Positions 37,025 to 45,569 of a stretch of 64,000 nt of DNA are shown here, piece after piece. The DNA comes from Candidatus Latescibacterota bacterium. GTDB taxonomy: Bacteria; Latescibacterota; UBA2968; UBA8231. Location of the stretch: assembly GCA_965221775.1 (NCBI GenBank), contig CBDCSU010000005.1, positions 1,216,001-1,280,000 of the forward strand, in the 5' to 3' direction. Under the pieces are notes generated by a model, which searched no databases, was not told where the DNA came from, and was given only the letters and a program-made list of their open reading frames with translations. Each line of letters opens with the position of its first letter. Position 1 is the stretch's first letter. Made by a program: the position numbers and the translations under genes.

Positions 37025-38983
37025 TCAGCCCGGGCGGTACTCCAGCACCACCCGGTTCTCCGGCCCCCGCAGGCCCATGGTGTTCACCGCCCGCGCCCGC
37101 AGGCGGTTGCGCCCCGGGCGCAGCTCCCACTCGAAGACGGGACCGCTCGCCTCCCACTTCCCCCGGTCCAGGCTGACCTCGAAGCGGTCCAGGTGGGGGA
37201 TGGGGCCGGAGAGCCGCACCGTCAGCGCCGCCGCCGTCTCCGTGTCCTGCAGGTCGATCCGCGTGCGGTTCAGGTCCCAGTAGAAGTCCTCGGGCCGGTT
37301 GGTCTGCAGCGAGTACTCGGGATACCTCGGGTCGAGGCTGTCCGTCCACCACAAGTGGCCGTCCCAGTGGTACTGGTCCATCCCCTGCTCCAGCTCCTGC
37401 GGCTCGGGGCGGTAGAGGTGGTCGTTGCGCAACGGCATGCCGAAGCGCTGGTAGAGCTGAGCGAACATCGTCCGGAGCCGCTCGTCGGGGACGGGCGGCG
37501 GCGGCACGAACTCCAGGTCCTCCATCCGGCCGGCGGCGCCGAGGCGGTGCATCTCCAAGGCGTTGATCGGCACGCCGGCCTCCTCGTACTGGAAGGCGAC
37601 CTCGTGGCCGGGCAGGAGGCCCGGGTCCTGGAGGATCCACTTGCCGTGCTCGTCGGACCAGATCTCCGCCAGGCAGTGGTGGTCGACGATCACGGGCCGG
37701 GCGTGGTAGCCGAGGGAGCCGGCGCACTGGCTGAAGACGGCGGCGTAGTGGGTGCACATGCCCAGGGCCAGGTTCTGCGGCGCCAGCTCCAGGATCTCGA
37801 GGGCGTCCCACTGGGGGCAGTAGTTGTACTCGTTGTCGTTCCACCCCTCCCACTGCCGGCGGACCCACTGGCGCAGCAGGGCGAACCTCTCCATCTCGGT
37901 CTGCCCGGGGGCCACGACCTCCTCCAGGCGGTACTTCTCGCGCAGGTGGCGCATGCGCGGGTGGTGCGGGTCGGCGTAGTCGAAGGGGTAGGAGGAGACG
38001 GCCAGGTCGTTCTCCGGCGCCGAGATCACCTCGATCCGGCGGCGGTTCGCCCCGACGGCGCGCCCGGAGGCCTCGATGGTGACGCTCTTCAACAGCGGCG
38101 TGACGGCGGGATCGCCGCTGGAGAGGGTTGCCCGCCATTGCAAGAACCGCGCCCCGGGCAAGGGCTCCCCCGAATCGGCGGCGCGCCAGGAGGTCCACTC
38201 GTCCGAAGCGTACAACGCCGTCGAGCCGGATCTCACCTCGAAGCGCACCGAGGTCCTCGGCGGCATTTCGGTAGCGGCCGACAGGCGCAGGGCCTTCAGG
38301 TCAAGGCCGGGAGCGACCGCCTCCTCCGCGGCCAGGTCGATGACAGGAGAGGTGGCCACACCCTCCCGCGGATGGCCGCGGACCCTCAGGCGGACGACGT
38401 ATTCCCCCGAGAGGTCGTTGTCCGCTCCGAGCATGTCCCCCTTCCACTCGCCGCGGCCCTCGAGGCGCTTGAAGCTGTTGCGGCCGGGCTCGTCGGCGTC
38501 GATGACCAGCGACCCGGCGCCGGAGAAGACCAGCTCGTTGCGGCCCGGGCGCAGCCAGCGGCCGGGGATCGTCTCACGGTCCCAGCCGCCGGTGAGCATC
38601 CTCTCGAGGTCCTGCACGTGGCGGATCTCGTGCCCGTTGACCGAGATGAGCAGGGGCTCCTCCTCGGTGCCGCCGCCCCCGTGGAACAGGACCTCCGCCG
38701 ACTCCACCGCCGCCGGCAGGTCGAAGAGCTTCTTCGCCTCCACGGCGGGCGTCAGGCTCTCACGGATCTTGGAGCTGCGCGCCATGGCGTCGGCGATCAG
38801 CCACGTCGGCGCCAGGCAGAGCCCGCCCTCGTCGGCGCAGTAGCCGGTGAAGCGGTCGCGGGTGCAGCCGGCGAGGGCTTCGCCTTCGAGGGTGGTCTTC
38901 CACTCGGTCATGGGTGGTGCGGCGGAGGTGGTGCCGGCGGACACCAGCAGCGCGGCCAGGGCGAGGCGGGCGAGGCGGGGCAC
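37025..38983 (-). CDS. Secreted transglutaminase-like domain protein
   Basis: Signal peptide after GGAGG + GTG 38983; GMCTHYA, HCLAEIWS and WILQDP give a Cys-His-Asp triad pattern. Confidence 0.75.
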   Translation of the reverse strand: MPRLARLALAALLVSAGTTSAAPPMTEWKTTLEGEALAGCTRDRFTGYCADEGGLCLAPTWLIADAMARSSKIRESLTPAVEAKKLFDLPAAVESAEVLFHGGGGTEEEPLLISVNGHEIRHVQDLERMLTGGWDRETIPGRWLRPGRNELVFSGAGSLVIDADEPGRNSFKRLEGRGEWKGDMLGADNDLSGEYVVRLRVRGHPREGVATSPVIDLAAEEAVAPGLDLKALRLSAATEMPPRTSVRFEVRSGSTALYASDEWTSWRAADSGEPLPGARFLQWRATLSSGDPAVTPLLKSVTIEASGRAVGANRRRIEVISAPENDLAVSSYPFDYADPHHPRMRHLREKYRLEEVVAPGQTEMERFALLRQWVRRQWEGWNDNEYNYCPQWDALEILELAPQNLALGMCTHYAAVFSQCAGSLGYHARPVIVDHHCLAEIWSDEHGKWILQDPGLLPGHEVAFQYEEAGVPINALEMHRLGAAGRMEDLEFVPPPPVPDERLRTMFAQLYQRFGMPLRNDHLYRPEPQELEQGMDQYHWDGHLWWTDSLDPRYPEYSLQTNRPEDFYWDLNRTRIDLQDTETAAALTVRLSGPIPHLDRFEVSLDRGKWEASGPVFEWELRPGRNRLRARAVNTMGLRGPENRVVLEYRPG

Positions 38984-39080
38984 CCGCGGGCCTCCTTCGC
39001 TATCGAGATACTCGCGCCGCCGAGAATCGCGCATGAGGGCTCGCCGTTTCATGTGTCGCGTTGTGCCGCTGCCATCCGGG

Positions 39081-39833
39081 CTACTGAGCGTCGGCCCGGG
39101 GAGAGGTGATCACCTCGGCAAGGCGGAATCCCTGACCCCCCGCGCGATGGCTGCGCCAGGTCTTGCGGGACTCCGGCCAGAGCAACCTCGCCGCCGGGTA
39201 CAGCACCGCGCCGCCGACGCCGCCCACCACCGACGCCGCCAGCAGGAACGCCCGGTCGTCGCTGTCCCAGGGGCTGAAACCTCTCGATGAGGCAGCGGCC
39301 ACTTCCCGGTCTCCCTTCCAGCGGTCCTTGTACAGGAAGGAACCCACGGCGGTGAATCCGGTGACAGCCCCCTGGAAGGACCAGCGCGGGACCTCCTCCA
39401 GCCGCTCGGGGACGGACGGCCATCCCCGCCTCCTCCCCTCGACGCGGATCTCCTCGATGGCGGCCAGGGACAGGGCGACGGTGGGCCTGTCGTGAACGGA
39501 ATTGGGCGAGCGGACGCGAACCTCGCGCATGGAGAGATAGCGGCGGGGGATCTGCCGCACGGTCTTCCACTCCTCCGATGACAGGAGGAGATACTCCCCG
39601 TCCGCCTCGATGGCGTTCACGGTGACGGGCCGGCTCTCGCCCTCATCAACTGCGCAGGTGCTGTCCACGCCTCCGTCCTCGCGGAAGAAGATGGACAGCC
39701 GGTCCTTGCTGGTCAGCTCGAACCGACGAGAGTCCGCCGGCCCCGGCCGTGCCGGGTCATGGAGGACGAAGCGGCTCTGCGAGCACCCCACGCAGAGCAG
39801 AACCGACAGTGGCAGGAAAATGTGTGTCTTCAT
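39081..39833 (-). CDS. Hypothetical lipoprotein/membrane protein
   Basis: GGAGG RBS; MKTHIFLPLSVLLCVGC lipobox-like; two C-terminal hydrophobic segments. Confidence 0.6.
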   Translation of the reverse strand: MKTHIFLPLSVLLCVGCSQSRFVLHDPARPGPADSRRFELTSKDRLSIFFREDGGVDSTCAVDEGESRPVTVNAIEADGEYLLLSSEEWKTVRQIPRRYLSMREVRVRSPNSVHDRPTVALSLAAIEEIRVEGRRRGWPSVPERLEEVPRWSFQGAVTGFTAVGSFLYKDRWKGDREVAAASSRGFSPWDSDDRAFLLAASVVGGVGGAVLYPAARLLWPESRKTWRSHRAGGQGFRLAEVITSPRADAQ

Positions 39834-40249
39834 GGTGAGTCCTCCTTCGCGGCTCCATCCGCGAACGACTCCTCTCCCCTCTCCTCCTGCTTCCGCCTCA
39901 ACTCCGCGATCTCCCCGGCCGTCAGGCTCTCCTCCGCCGTCACCGTCGTCCGCTCGATCAACTCCAGCTTCAACTCCCGGCGGGTCAGCCACTCCCAGCG
40001 GGCGGCGTTGACCGGGTGGGGATGCGGATGAACGTCCTCCGGAGCGATCTCCTCGGCCACGATATGAAGATACCCCGGAGTGGCGCCGTCGTGTTTCAGG
40101 CTCGCCTCGGACATGGATAGGAGGGAGGGTCTGTGGGAGAAGGCCTTGGCCAAGTTCGCGCTCTGAGTGATCGAGCTGCCGGACCGCAGCCGCGTCAGTT
40201 CCTGCTGGGAGCCGTGATACCAGGTTCGGCTGTGGTCCCAGTCCGCCAC
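39830..40249 (-). CDS. Hypothetical protein, possible ADP-ribosyltransferase (Arr-like) fold
   Basis: WYHGS...L..G...T....A..F...GYLH.V pattern; coupled to both neighbours. Confidence 0.55.
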   Translation of the reverse strand: MADWDHSRTWYHGSQQELTRLRSGSSITQSANLAKAFSHRPSLLSMSEASLKHDGATPGYLHIVAEEIAPEDVHPHPHPVNAARWEWLTRRELKLELIERTTVTAEESLTAGEIAELRRKQEERGEESFADGAAKEDSP

Positions 40250-41056
40250 TCAGCTCGTCCTGTTCTTCTCCAGCCAGGAGACCGCGAAGTCCACCACGTC
40301 CCGCTGCGGCATCAGCTGGCTGTCGGCGAGACCGACCCGGCCGCGGCGGACCGCATGGCCCGCCTCCGACTGCAGGTAGTCCTCGCCCACGCGGTCGAAG
40401 TCGGAGCTGTCGGTCTCGAACTCGGAGAAAGCGACCCATCCCGCGGCGGCCGGCGCCCCGTCCTCGATGGTCCGCTTGGTGGCATAGTCGGCCCGGTACT
40501 CCGCCAGGTGCATGGAGGTGTTGCGCTCATGTCCCACGCCGAGGAGCAGGACATGGGCGTGCAGGTCGTAGAGCCGCCCGAGGGGCGAGTCCTCGCCCAG
40601 GCCGTTGGCCAGGGAGTGGTCGGCGGTGATCACCTGCGCCCGGGGGCCGCGCGCGCAGACCGAGACGTGGGGATGGTCGCTGCGCAGGACCCCCGCCTGC
40701 TTGCGGAAGGTCTCGGGGATGACGCCCATGGCGCGGGTCGGCGTGAGGTCCGGGTCGAAGGCCGGCATGCTCTCGCGGATGACCGGCCACCACGACTCGG
40801 GCACGGGCGGGTTCTCCCACCGGCTCGGCTCGGTCAGGTCGCTCGTGTGAGTGGGCATGACCAGGGTCCCGTCCGGGCCCAGGGCCTCCTGAAGGGCGAG
40901 GATGACGGCCACCGGCCCGCCGCAGACCCACCCCATGGCGCTCAGGGAGGAATGGACAAATGCGACCATGCCCGGCGTTACACCGAGGGCCCGGAGATCG
41001 GCGGTCAGCGATGCCACGGTGGCGGGGGTTTCCGTCTCTGAAACGAGTTTCTGCAT
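40250..41056 (-). CDS. AAC(3)/YokD-family aminoglycoside N3-acetyltransferase-like protein
   Basis: VHSSLSAMGWVCGG, GTLVMPT, MGVIPETFR, RSDHP, SPLGRLY, NTSMHLAE. Confidence 0.9.
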   Translation of the reverse strand: MQKLVSETETPATVASLTADLRALGVTPGMVAFVHSSLSAMGWVCGGPVAVILALQEALGPDGTLVMPTHTSDLTEPSRWENPPVPESWWPVIRESMPAFDPDLTPTRAMGVIPETFRKQAGVLRSDHPHVSVCARGPRAQVITADHSLANGLGEDSPLGRLYDLHAHVLLLGVGHERNTSMHLAEYRADYATKRTIEDGAPAAAGWVAFSEFETDSSDFDRVGEDYLQSEAGHAVRRGRVGLADSQLMPQRDVVDFAVSWLEKNRTS

Positions 41057-41123
41057 GGTGAACAGAACGTAGGCATCCACCATGGGCGGGACCACGAGTC
41101 ACCCGCCGTTGGACTATCCTTGA

Positions 41124-41924
41124 GTGATGACAACTCCGATCCAATCCCCCTGGGTCATCGCCGGCATCGACCTGGCCGGCTCGCCCGCGAGACCGACTGG
41201 CGTCTGCATCCTGACCGGGGACCGCGCACGCACGCAGCTGGCCTTCGAGGACACCGAGATCCTGGACCTGATCCGCGCCACCGGCCCGGACCTCGTGCCG
41301 ATCGACGCGCCCCTCAGCCTGCCGCCGGGCCGTCGGGAGATCGGCGACCGCAACGGCGAGCACTTCCGGCCGTGCGACCGCGAGCTGCAGCGGCGGGGCA
41401 TCCGCTTCTTCCCGATCACCCTGGGGCCGATGCGCATGCTCACCGAGCGCGGGCTCAGGCTCAAGGCTCAGATCGAGGCGGAGGGTTTCGTGCCCGTGGA
41501 GTGCTACCCGGGCGGAGCCCTCGACGTGTGGGGGCTGCCGCGGCAACAGCACGACCGCGAGGGGCTGCGCAGGGGTCTGGCCCGGCTGGGAGCGCGGGGG
41601 CTGCGGGCCGGACTGAGCGGACACGAGCTCGACGCGGTGGCCGCGGCCCTCGTGGGACGGGACTTCTACATCGGGACAGCCGACATGATCGGCGGCGAGG
41701 ACGGCATGCTGCTGCCGCTGGCGGAATGTTGCCTCCGCCAAGTTGCCGCGCCGGGAGGCGCGCCATACCCTCACGCCGAGAAGCAGGACGATACCCGAAA
41801 GAGGACACATGACAACTCCGATACAGTCCGGCGAGCGCTTCCCGGAAGAGAAGACGCGGGAGATCGCCGCCGCCTTCCGCAAGGACGGTTTCGCTCACGT
41901 CCCCGGCGTGCTCGAAGAGGGTGA
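41124..41924 (+). CDS. DUF429-family (RNase H-like) protein
   Basis: AGIDLAGS...TG, IDAPLSLP, R.CDREL, ECYPG, HELDAVAAA; the 3' end runs 116 nt into the next gene. Confidence 0.8.
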   Translation: MMTTPIQSPWVIAGIDLAGSPARPTGVCILTGDRARTQLAFEDTEILDLIRATGPDLVPIDAPLSLPPGRREIGDRNGEHFRPCDRELQRRGIRFFPITLGPMRMLTERGLRLKAQIEAEGFVPVECYPGGALDVWGLPRQQHDREGLRRGLARLGARGLRAGLSGHELDAVAAALVGRDFYIGTADMIGGEDGMLLPLAECCLRQVAAPGGAPYPHAEKQDDTRKRTHDNSDTVRRALPGREDAGDRRRLPQGRFRSRPRRARRG

Positions 41925-42657
41925 GATGCAGGCGCTGCGGGACAAGACGGACGAGCTGCTCGATGATCCCCAGCTCGCGGAAGTGGAAGATCCCTGCCTG
42001 CACGACCGCCGCCACGTGCAGATGTCCCGCGGCGACACGAGGCGCCCCTTCATCCTGCGCGGCACGATCGCCCTGGACGGGATCTTCAGGGACATGCTGG
42101 TGCGCGAGCCCATCCTGGGCCTGGCCGAGGCGGTGGTCGGACCGAACTGCCGGTTCTGCGGTCAGAACGTGCTGCGCAACGAGACCGGCGTGGCCATCGA
42201 GAGGTGGCACGTCGACGGCTCCCTCCACTTCCCGGTGCCCGAGGACGTGCCCCGCCACGACCCCCGGATCCCGCCGCCGGTGCTGTGGATCACGGTGCAG
42301 ATGGCCCTCACCGACATCGACCGGATGGAACACGGGCCCACACAATACGTCCCGGGGAGCCACCTCTCGGGGAAGGACCCCAACGACCCGGAGAACCCGG
42401 AGTTCGAGGGGTGCGGTCCGGTCTCCGTGCTCTGCAAGGCGGGAGACATCTACCTGCAGGATCCGCAGTGCTGGCACCGCGGGGCCCCGAACACATCCGG
42501 CCGCACCCGCTACCTGATGCAGTCACAGTACGCCGTGGACTGGGCCTACCGTCGATTCGGCTGGATGAACCGGGTCCCGGTCCCGGAGAGCGAGGGCCCG
42601 CCCGCCGGCAGCCGCCTGGAGCAGTTGCTCGGGGGGCGGCATCCGCCGCCGGCTTAG
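41809..42657 (+). CDS. Phytanoyl-CoA dioxygenase (PhyH) family protein
   Basis: F..DGF, WHVD (HxD), GPTQYVPGSH, WHRG..N.S...R. Confidence 0.9.
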   Translation: MTTPIQSGERFPEEKTREIAAAFRKDGFAHVPGVLEEGEMQALRDKTDELLDDPQLAEVEDPCLHDRRHVQMSRGDTRRPFILRGTIALDGIFRDMLVREPILGLAEAVVGPNCRFCGQNVLRNETGVAIERWHVDGSLHFPVPEDVPRHDPRIPPPVLWITVQMALTDIDRMEHGPTQYVPGSHLSGKDPNDPENPEFEGCGPVSVLCKAGDIYLQDPQCWHRGAPNTSGRTRYLMQSQYAVDWAYRRFGWMNRVPVPESEGPPAGSRLEQLLGGRHPPPA

Positions 42658-42678
42658 GGGGGAGTTCCCTGCGCGGGG

Positions 42679-43620
42679 TCAGGTGTTGAGAGCGGGCCCC
42701 CAGTACTTCCAGAGGTTCCGCGGCACGTCGTAGCGCTCGAGCTTCCGCCCCGGGTGATCCAGCGGCAGAAAGCCCGTCCCATGCGCCTTCTCCGCGGGCC
42801 GGTCCTTGTCCGGCGGCGGGGGCGTCCACGGCTTGCCGTCCTTGTCCGGGAACATGACCATCGGCGCCTGCTCGCGCATCTTCCGGTGGGAGTAGCGCGC
42901 GAACTGCGCCACCCGCGGCTGGCGTGACCCCGCCTCGTTCGCCGAGTTGACGTGGGTGGTGAGGCCGTGGAGCAGCATCGCGTCCCCCGCTCTCCCCGTC
43001 ATGCACTCGACCTCGCCCACACGCGGGTCCCCATCCAGGATCGCCCGGTGTCCGCCGCTGCGCACCGGCTCCGTGAACAGGTAGGAGCCGTCGAAGCGCT
43101 CCGGGTGCTCCAGGAAGTAGCGGTGGTTCGCCAGGTGTGACCTCGGCCAGTACGCGGTGCCGCCGCCCCTGGGGCTGCTCACGTCCCACAGCAGCACCAC
43201 GAAGAACGCCATGAACCCACCGCCCCAGCCCGTGGCGTACCCATCGAGGTGACCGTCGACAGGCGGGGCCCACTCCGTGCCCGGGGCGCTCGGCAGGATC
43301 ACCCGCGTCATCGGCACCTGCGGCGACCACGGCCGCCCCGCCGGATGGGAGGGAGCGAAGGCGCCGCCGCCGAGCTGCGCCACGATGGACTGGAGGCCGG
43401 GCAGGTCGTACAGGCACGGGCTCAGCTCCGGCCACCCGCCCTGGGGCGCATACCGCCCGGCCGGCCAAGTGGCCGGGTCGTCGAGATCGACGCCGTCGCC
43501 GGAGCAGGCGCGGCGGAACTCCCCCCGCCATCCCTCCAGCACATCGGGAGGCACCAGCCCCGGGACCGGGACCGCCCCTTCCGCCTTGAACTCGTCCAGT
43601 TGCGCGGTTGTCAGCAGCAT
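42679..43620 (-). CDS. PhyH-like 2OG-Fe(II) dioxygenase
   Basis: LT..Q...F..EG, GHLDG, GGT..WP.SH, G.AGD..L.H...H. Confidence 0.8.
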   Translation of the reverse strand: MLLTTAQLDEFKAEGAVPVPGLVPPDVLEGWRGEFRRACSGDGVDLDDPATWPAGRYAPQGGWPELSPCLYDLPGLQSIVAQLGGGAFAPSHPAGRPWSPQVPMTRVILPSAPGTEWAPPVDGHLDGYATGWGGGFMAFFVVLLWDVSSPRGGGTAYWPRSHLANHRYFLEHPERFDGSYLFTEPVRSGGHRAILDGDPRVGEVECMTGRAGDAMLLHGLTTHVNSANEAGSRQPRVAQFARYSHRKMREQAPMVMFPDKDGKPWTPPPPDKDRPAEKAHGTGFLPLDHPGRKLERYDVPRNLWKYWGPALNT

Positions 43621-44297
43621 GCTCGTCCTATCGCCGAGGGAAGGCCTTCCCAGTCGGAAGTCGTTTCGTCCGGGAGTTCATCCGGCACTCGCGGTTCCTG
43701 GGCAGCATATCTGCCCTGCCGGAACCAGATGGTCCGCATGCCCAGCCTCTTTGCCGGGATCACATCGTTGTCGAGCCGATCGCCAATCATGATCGCCTCT
43801 GAAGGCGGGAATCCTGCGTGGTCGAGTATTGTACGGAAGAACCCCTCATCAGGCTTCTTGATCCCGATGGTTCCCGACACCTCCCTGTGGCGGAACCAGC
43901 GCAGCACACCCAGCTCGTCGAGGACCTCCGTGATGCTGGCCGGAGCGTTTCCCGCCAGGGCAAGGGTGTACTCCTGGGCGAGCTGCTCGAGAGCTGCAGC
44001 GGCTCCGGGATACAGCTCCAATCCGAGGGCCCGGATCTCCGGGTAGTGCGATCGGACCTCGGCGGTGATCTCATCGAAGAGTCCCACGTCAGGCCTGGCG
44101 AAGTGCCAGGTGATGGCGTGCATGGGGCTTGGAACGAACTGCAGCATCTTCTCGCGATCCAACTGCTTGTACTCATCAACAGACAACTCGAAGCCGAACT
44201 GGGCGAGCGCGCCTCGATGGGCTTCCATGAGGGCGTCCTGGTGACCGACGGCGTCGAGAATCGTCTCCCCAACATCGAAGAGCAACACGGAACTCAT
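43611..44297 (-). CDS. HAD-family hydrolase
   Basis: LFDVGETI, KKPD..FF, MIGDRLDNDV.PAK..GM. Confidence 0.88.
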   Translation of the reverse strand: MSSVLLFDVGETILDAVGHQDALMEAHRGALAQFGFELSVDEYKQLDREKMLQFVPSPMHAITWHFARPDVGLFDEITAEVRSHYPEIRALGLELYPGAAAALEQLAQEYTLALAGNAPASITEVLDELGVLRWFRHREVSGTIGIKKPDEGFFRTILDHAGFPPSEAIMIGDRLDNDVIPAKRLGMRTIWFRQGRYAAQEPRVPDELPDETTSDWEGLPSAIGRACC

Positions 44298-44728
44298 CCC
44301 ATTGACTCGCGGAGAAACTCGATCTTGTCCCCACAGTTGCCGGAAAGCTCGGGAAGCGCGTTGACATCCGCCCAGAAGAATTCGAAGGGGTGGATGACCG
44401 ATCCGTCCTCTGCGAATTCCCCATGGCACCAGATCTCCTTTGTCGGCCCTTCCACGGACAAATGATAGAACCACCGATACTGCAGCTCATCACTCCCCCA
44501 ATCCCGCATGTCCCGCGTATCCTGCGCCAGAAGCCGCTCAAGTCGGAGTCCAGTCAGACCGGTCTCCTCCCTTGCTTCCCGCATCACGGCATCGTCGGGA
44601 ATCTCGCCAGCCTCGATCGTCCCAGCGGGCACCTGAACGCCCGCTTCCGGCGCCCCGGGCTGAGTAAAGAGCAGAAGGCGGTGCCCCTTGGTGATATAGG
44701 CGTAGGCTCTGTGGCGGAGGGATCTCAC
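44294..44728 (-). CDS. NUDIX hydrolase
   Basis: PAGTIEAGE....A.MREAREETGL Nudix box. Confidence 0.9.
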   Translation of the reverse strand: MRSLRHRAYAYITKGHRLLLFTQPGAPEAGVQVPAGTIEAGEIPDDAVMREAREETGLTGLRLERLLAQDTRDMRDWGSDELQYRWFYHLSVEGPTKEIWCHGEFAEDGSVIHPFEFFWADVNALPELSGNCGDKIEFLRESMG

Positions 44729-44734
44729 GGCCGA

Positions 44735-45472
44735 CTACCTCTTCCTCACCACGAAGAATGCCCGTCTCCCCAGCTCGTAGGGATCGCAGTCGAGTGACGA
44801 ATAGACATCGCACACCTCGAAGCCCACCTCGGCAAAGAGATGCGTCAACTCCCGAAATCCGTAGACCTGCATCGAACTCGTCCTGGTCTCGGTGACTCCT
44901 TTCGCAATCAGGGTCCATTCACAATCGATGCGGGCCTCCTCGTGCCGGTAGTTCCTCTCCTCCAGGACAAGCGTCTCACCTGTCCTGCTCCAGCTGCGGG
45001 GCTCGAATCTTGGCAGCAGTGTCTCCGCCACGTTGGGAATGTCCAGGGCAAACCGCCCGTCCGTCTTCAGGGCTCGATGCACGGCTTCGAGAAACCGCCT
45101 GTTGCCGCTGTCGTCGAAGTATCCGAAGCTGCCCCAGAAGCAGAATGCCACATCGAACCTGTCGGACCACGGCAGGTCCCTCATGTCCGTCTCGACAAGC
45201 TCAAGATCGAGGTTCCCTTCCTCTGAAGCGGATCGCGCATCCTGAAGCAGGGCCGTGGTGATGTCGACACCGGTCGCGCTGCATCCCCTCTGAGCCAGGG
45301 GAATCGCCAGTCTGCCGTTGCCGCACGGCACATCGAGGACCCGGGATCCCGGCTTCAAGTCGAGGACGCGCTCGAGAAAGTCCACCTCCTCCGGGGTGCG
45401 GCCTGCCCGCACCTCTCTTTGAAGGTCCAGCCAGTGGCCTGCGAAGAAGGTCTCCCACCACTCGGCCGTCAT
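44735..45472 (-). CDS. Class I SAM-dependent methyltransferase
   Basis: VLDVPCGNGR, GVD, DMRDL, SFGYF. Confidence 0.9.
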   Translation of the reverse strand: MTAEWWETFFAGHWLDLQREVRAGRTPEEVDFLERVLDLKPGSRVLDVPCGNGRLAIPLAQRGCSATGVDITTALLQDARSASEEGNLDLELVETDMRDLPWSDRFDVAFCFWGSFGYFDDSGNRRFLEAVHRALKTDGRFALDIPNVAETLLPRFEPRSWSRTGETLVLEERNYRHEEARIDCEWTLIAKGVTETRTSSMQVYGFRELTHLFAEVGFEVCDVYSSLDCDPYELGRRAFFVVRKR

Positions 45473-45569
45473 GGCAGTGCTCGGATTCGCTTCACAATGC
45501 TATCCATTGCGGGTGAGTATCCCTCTTCCGTCGAGACATGGGTGACGATGATGCACTTGGGTTTGCTGC

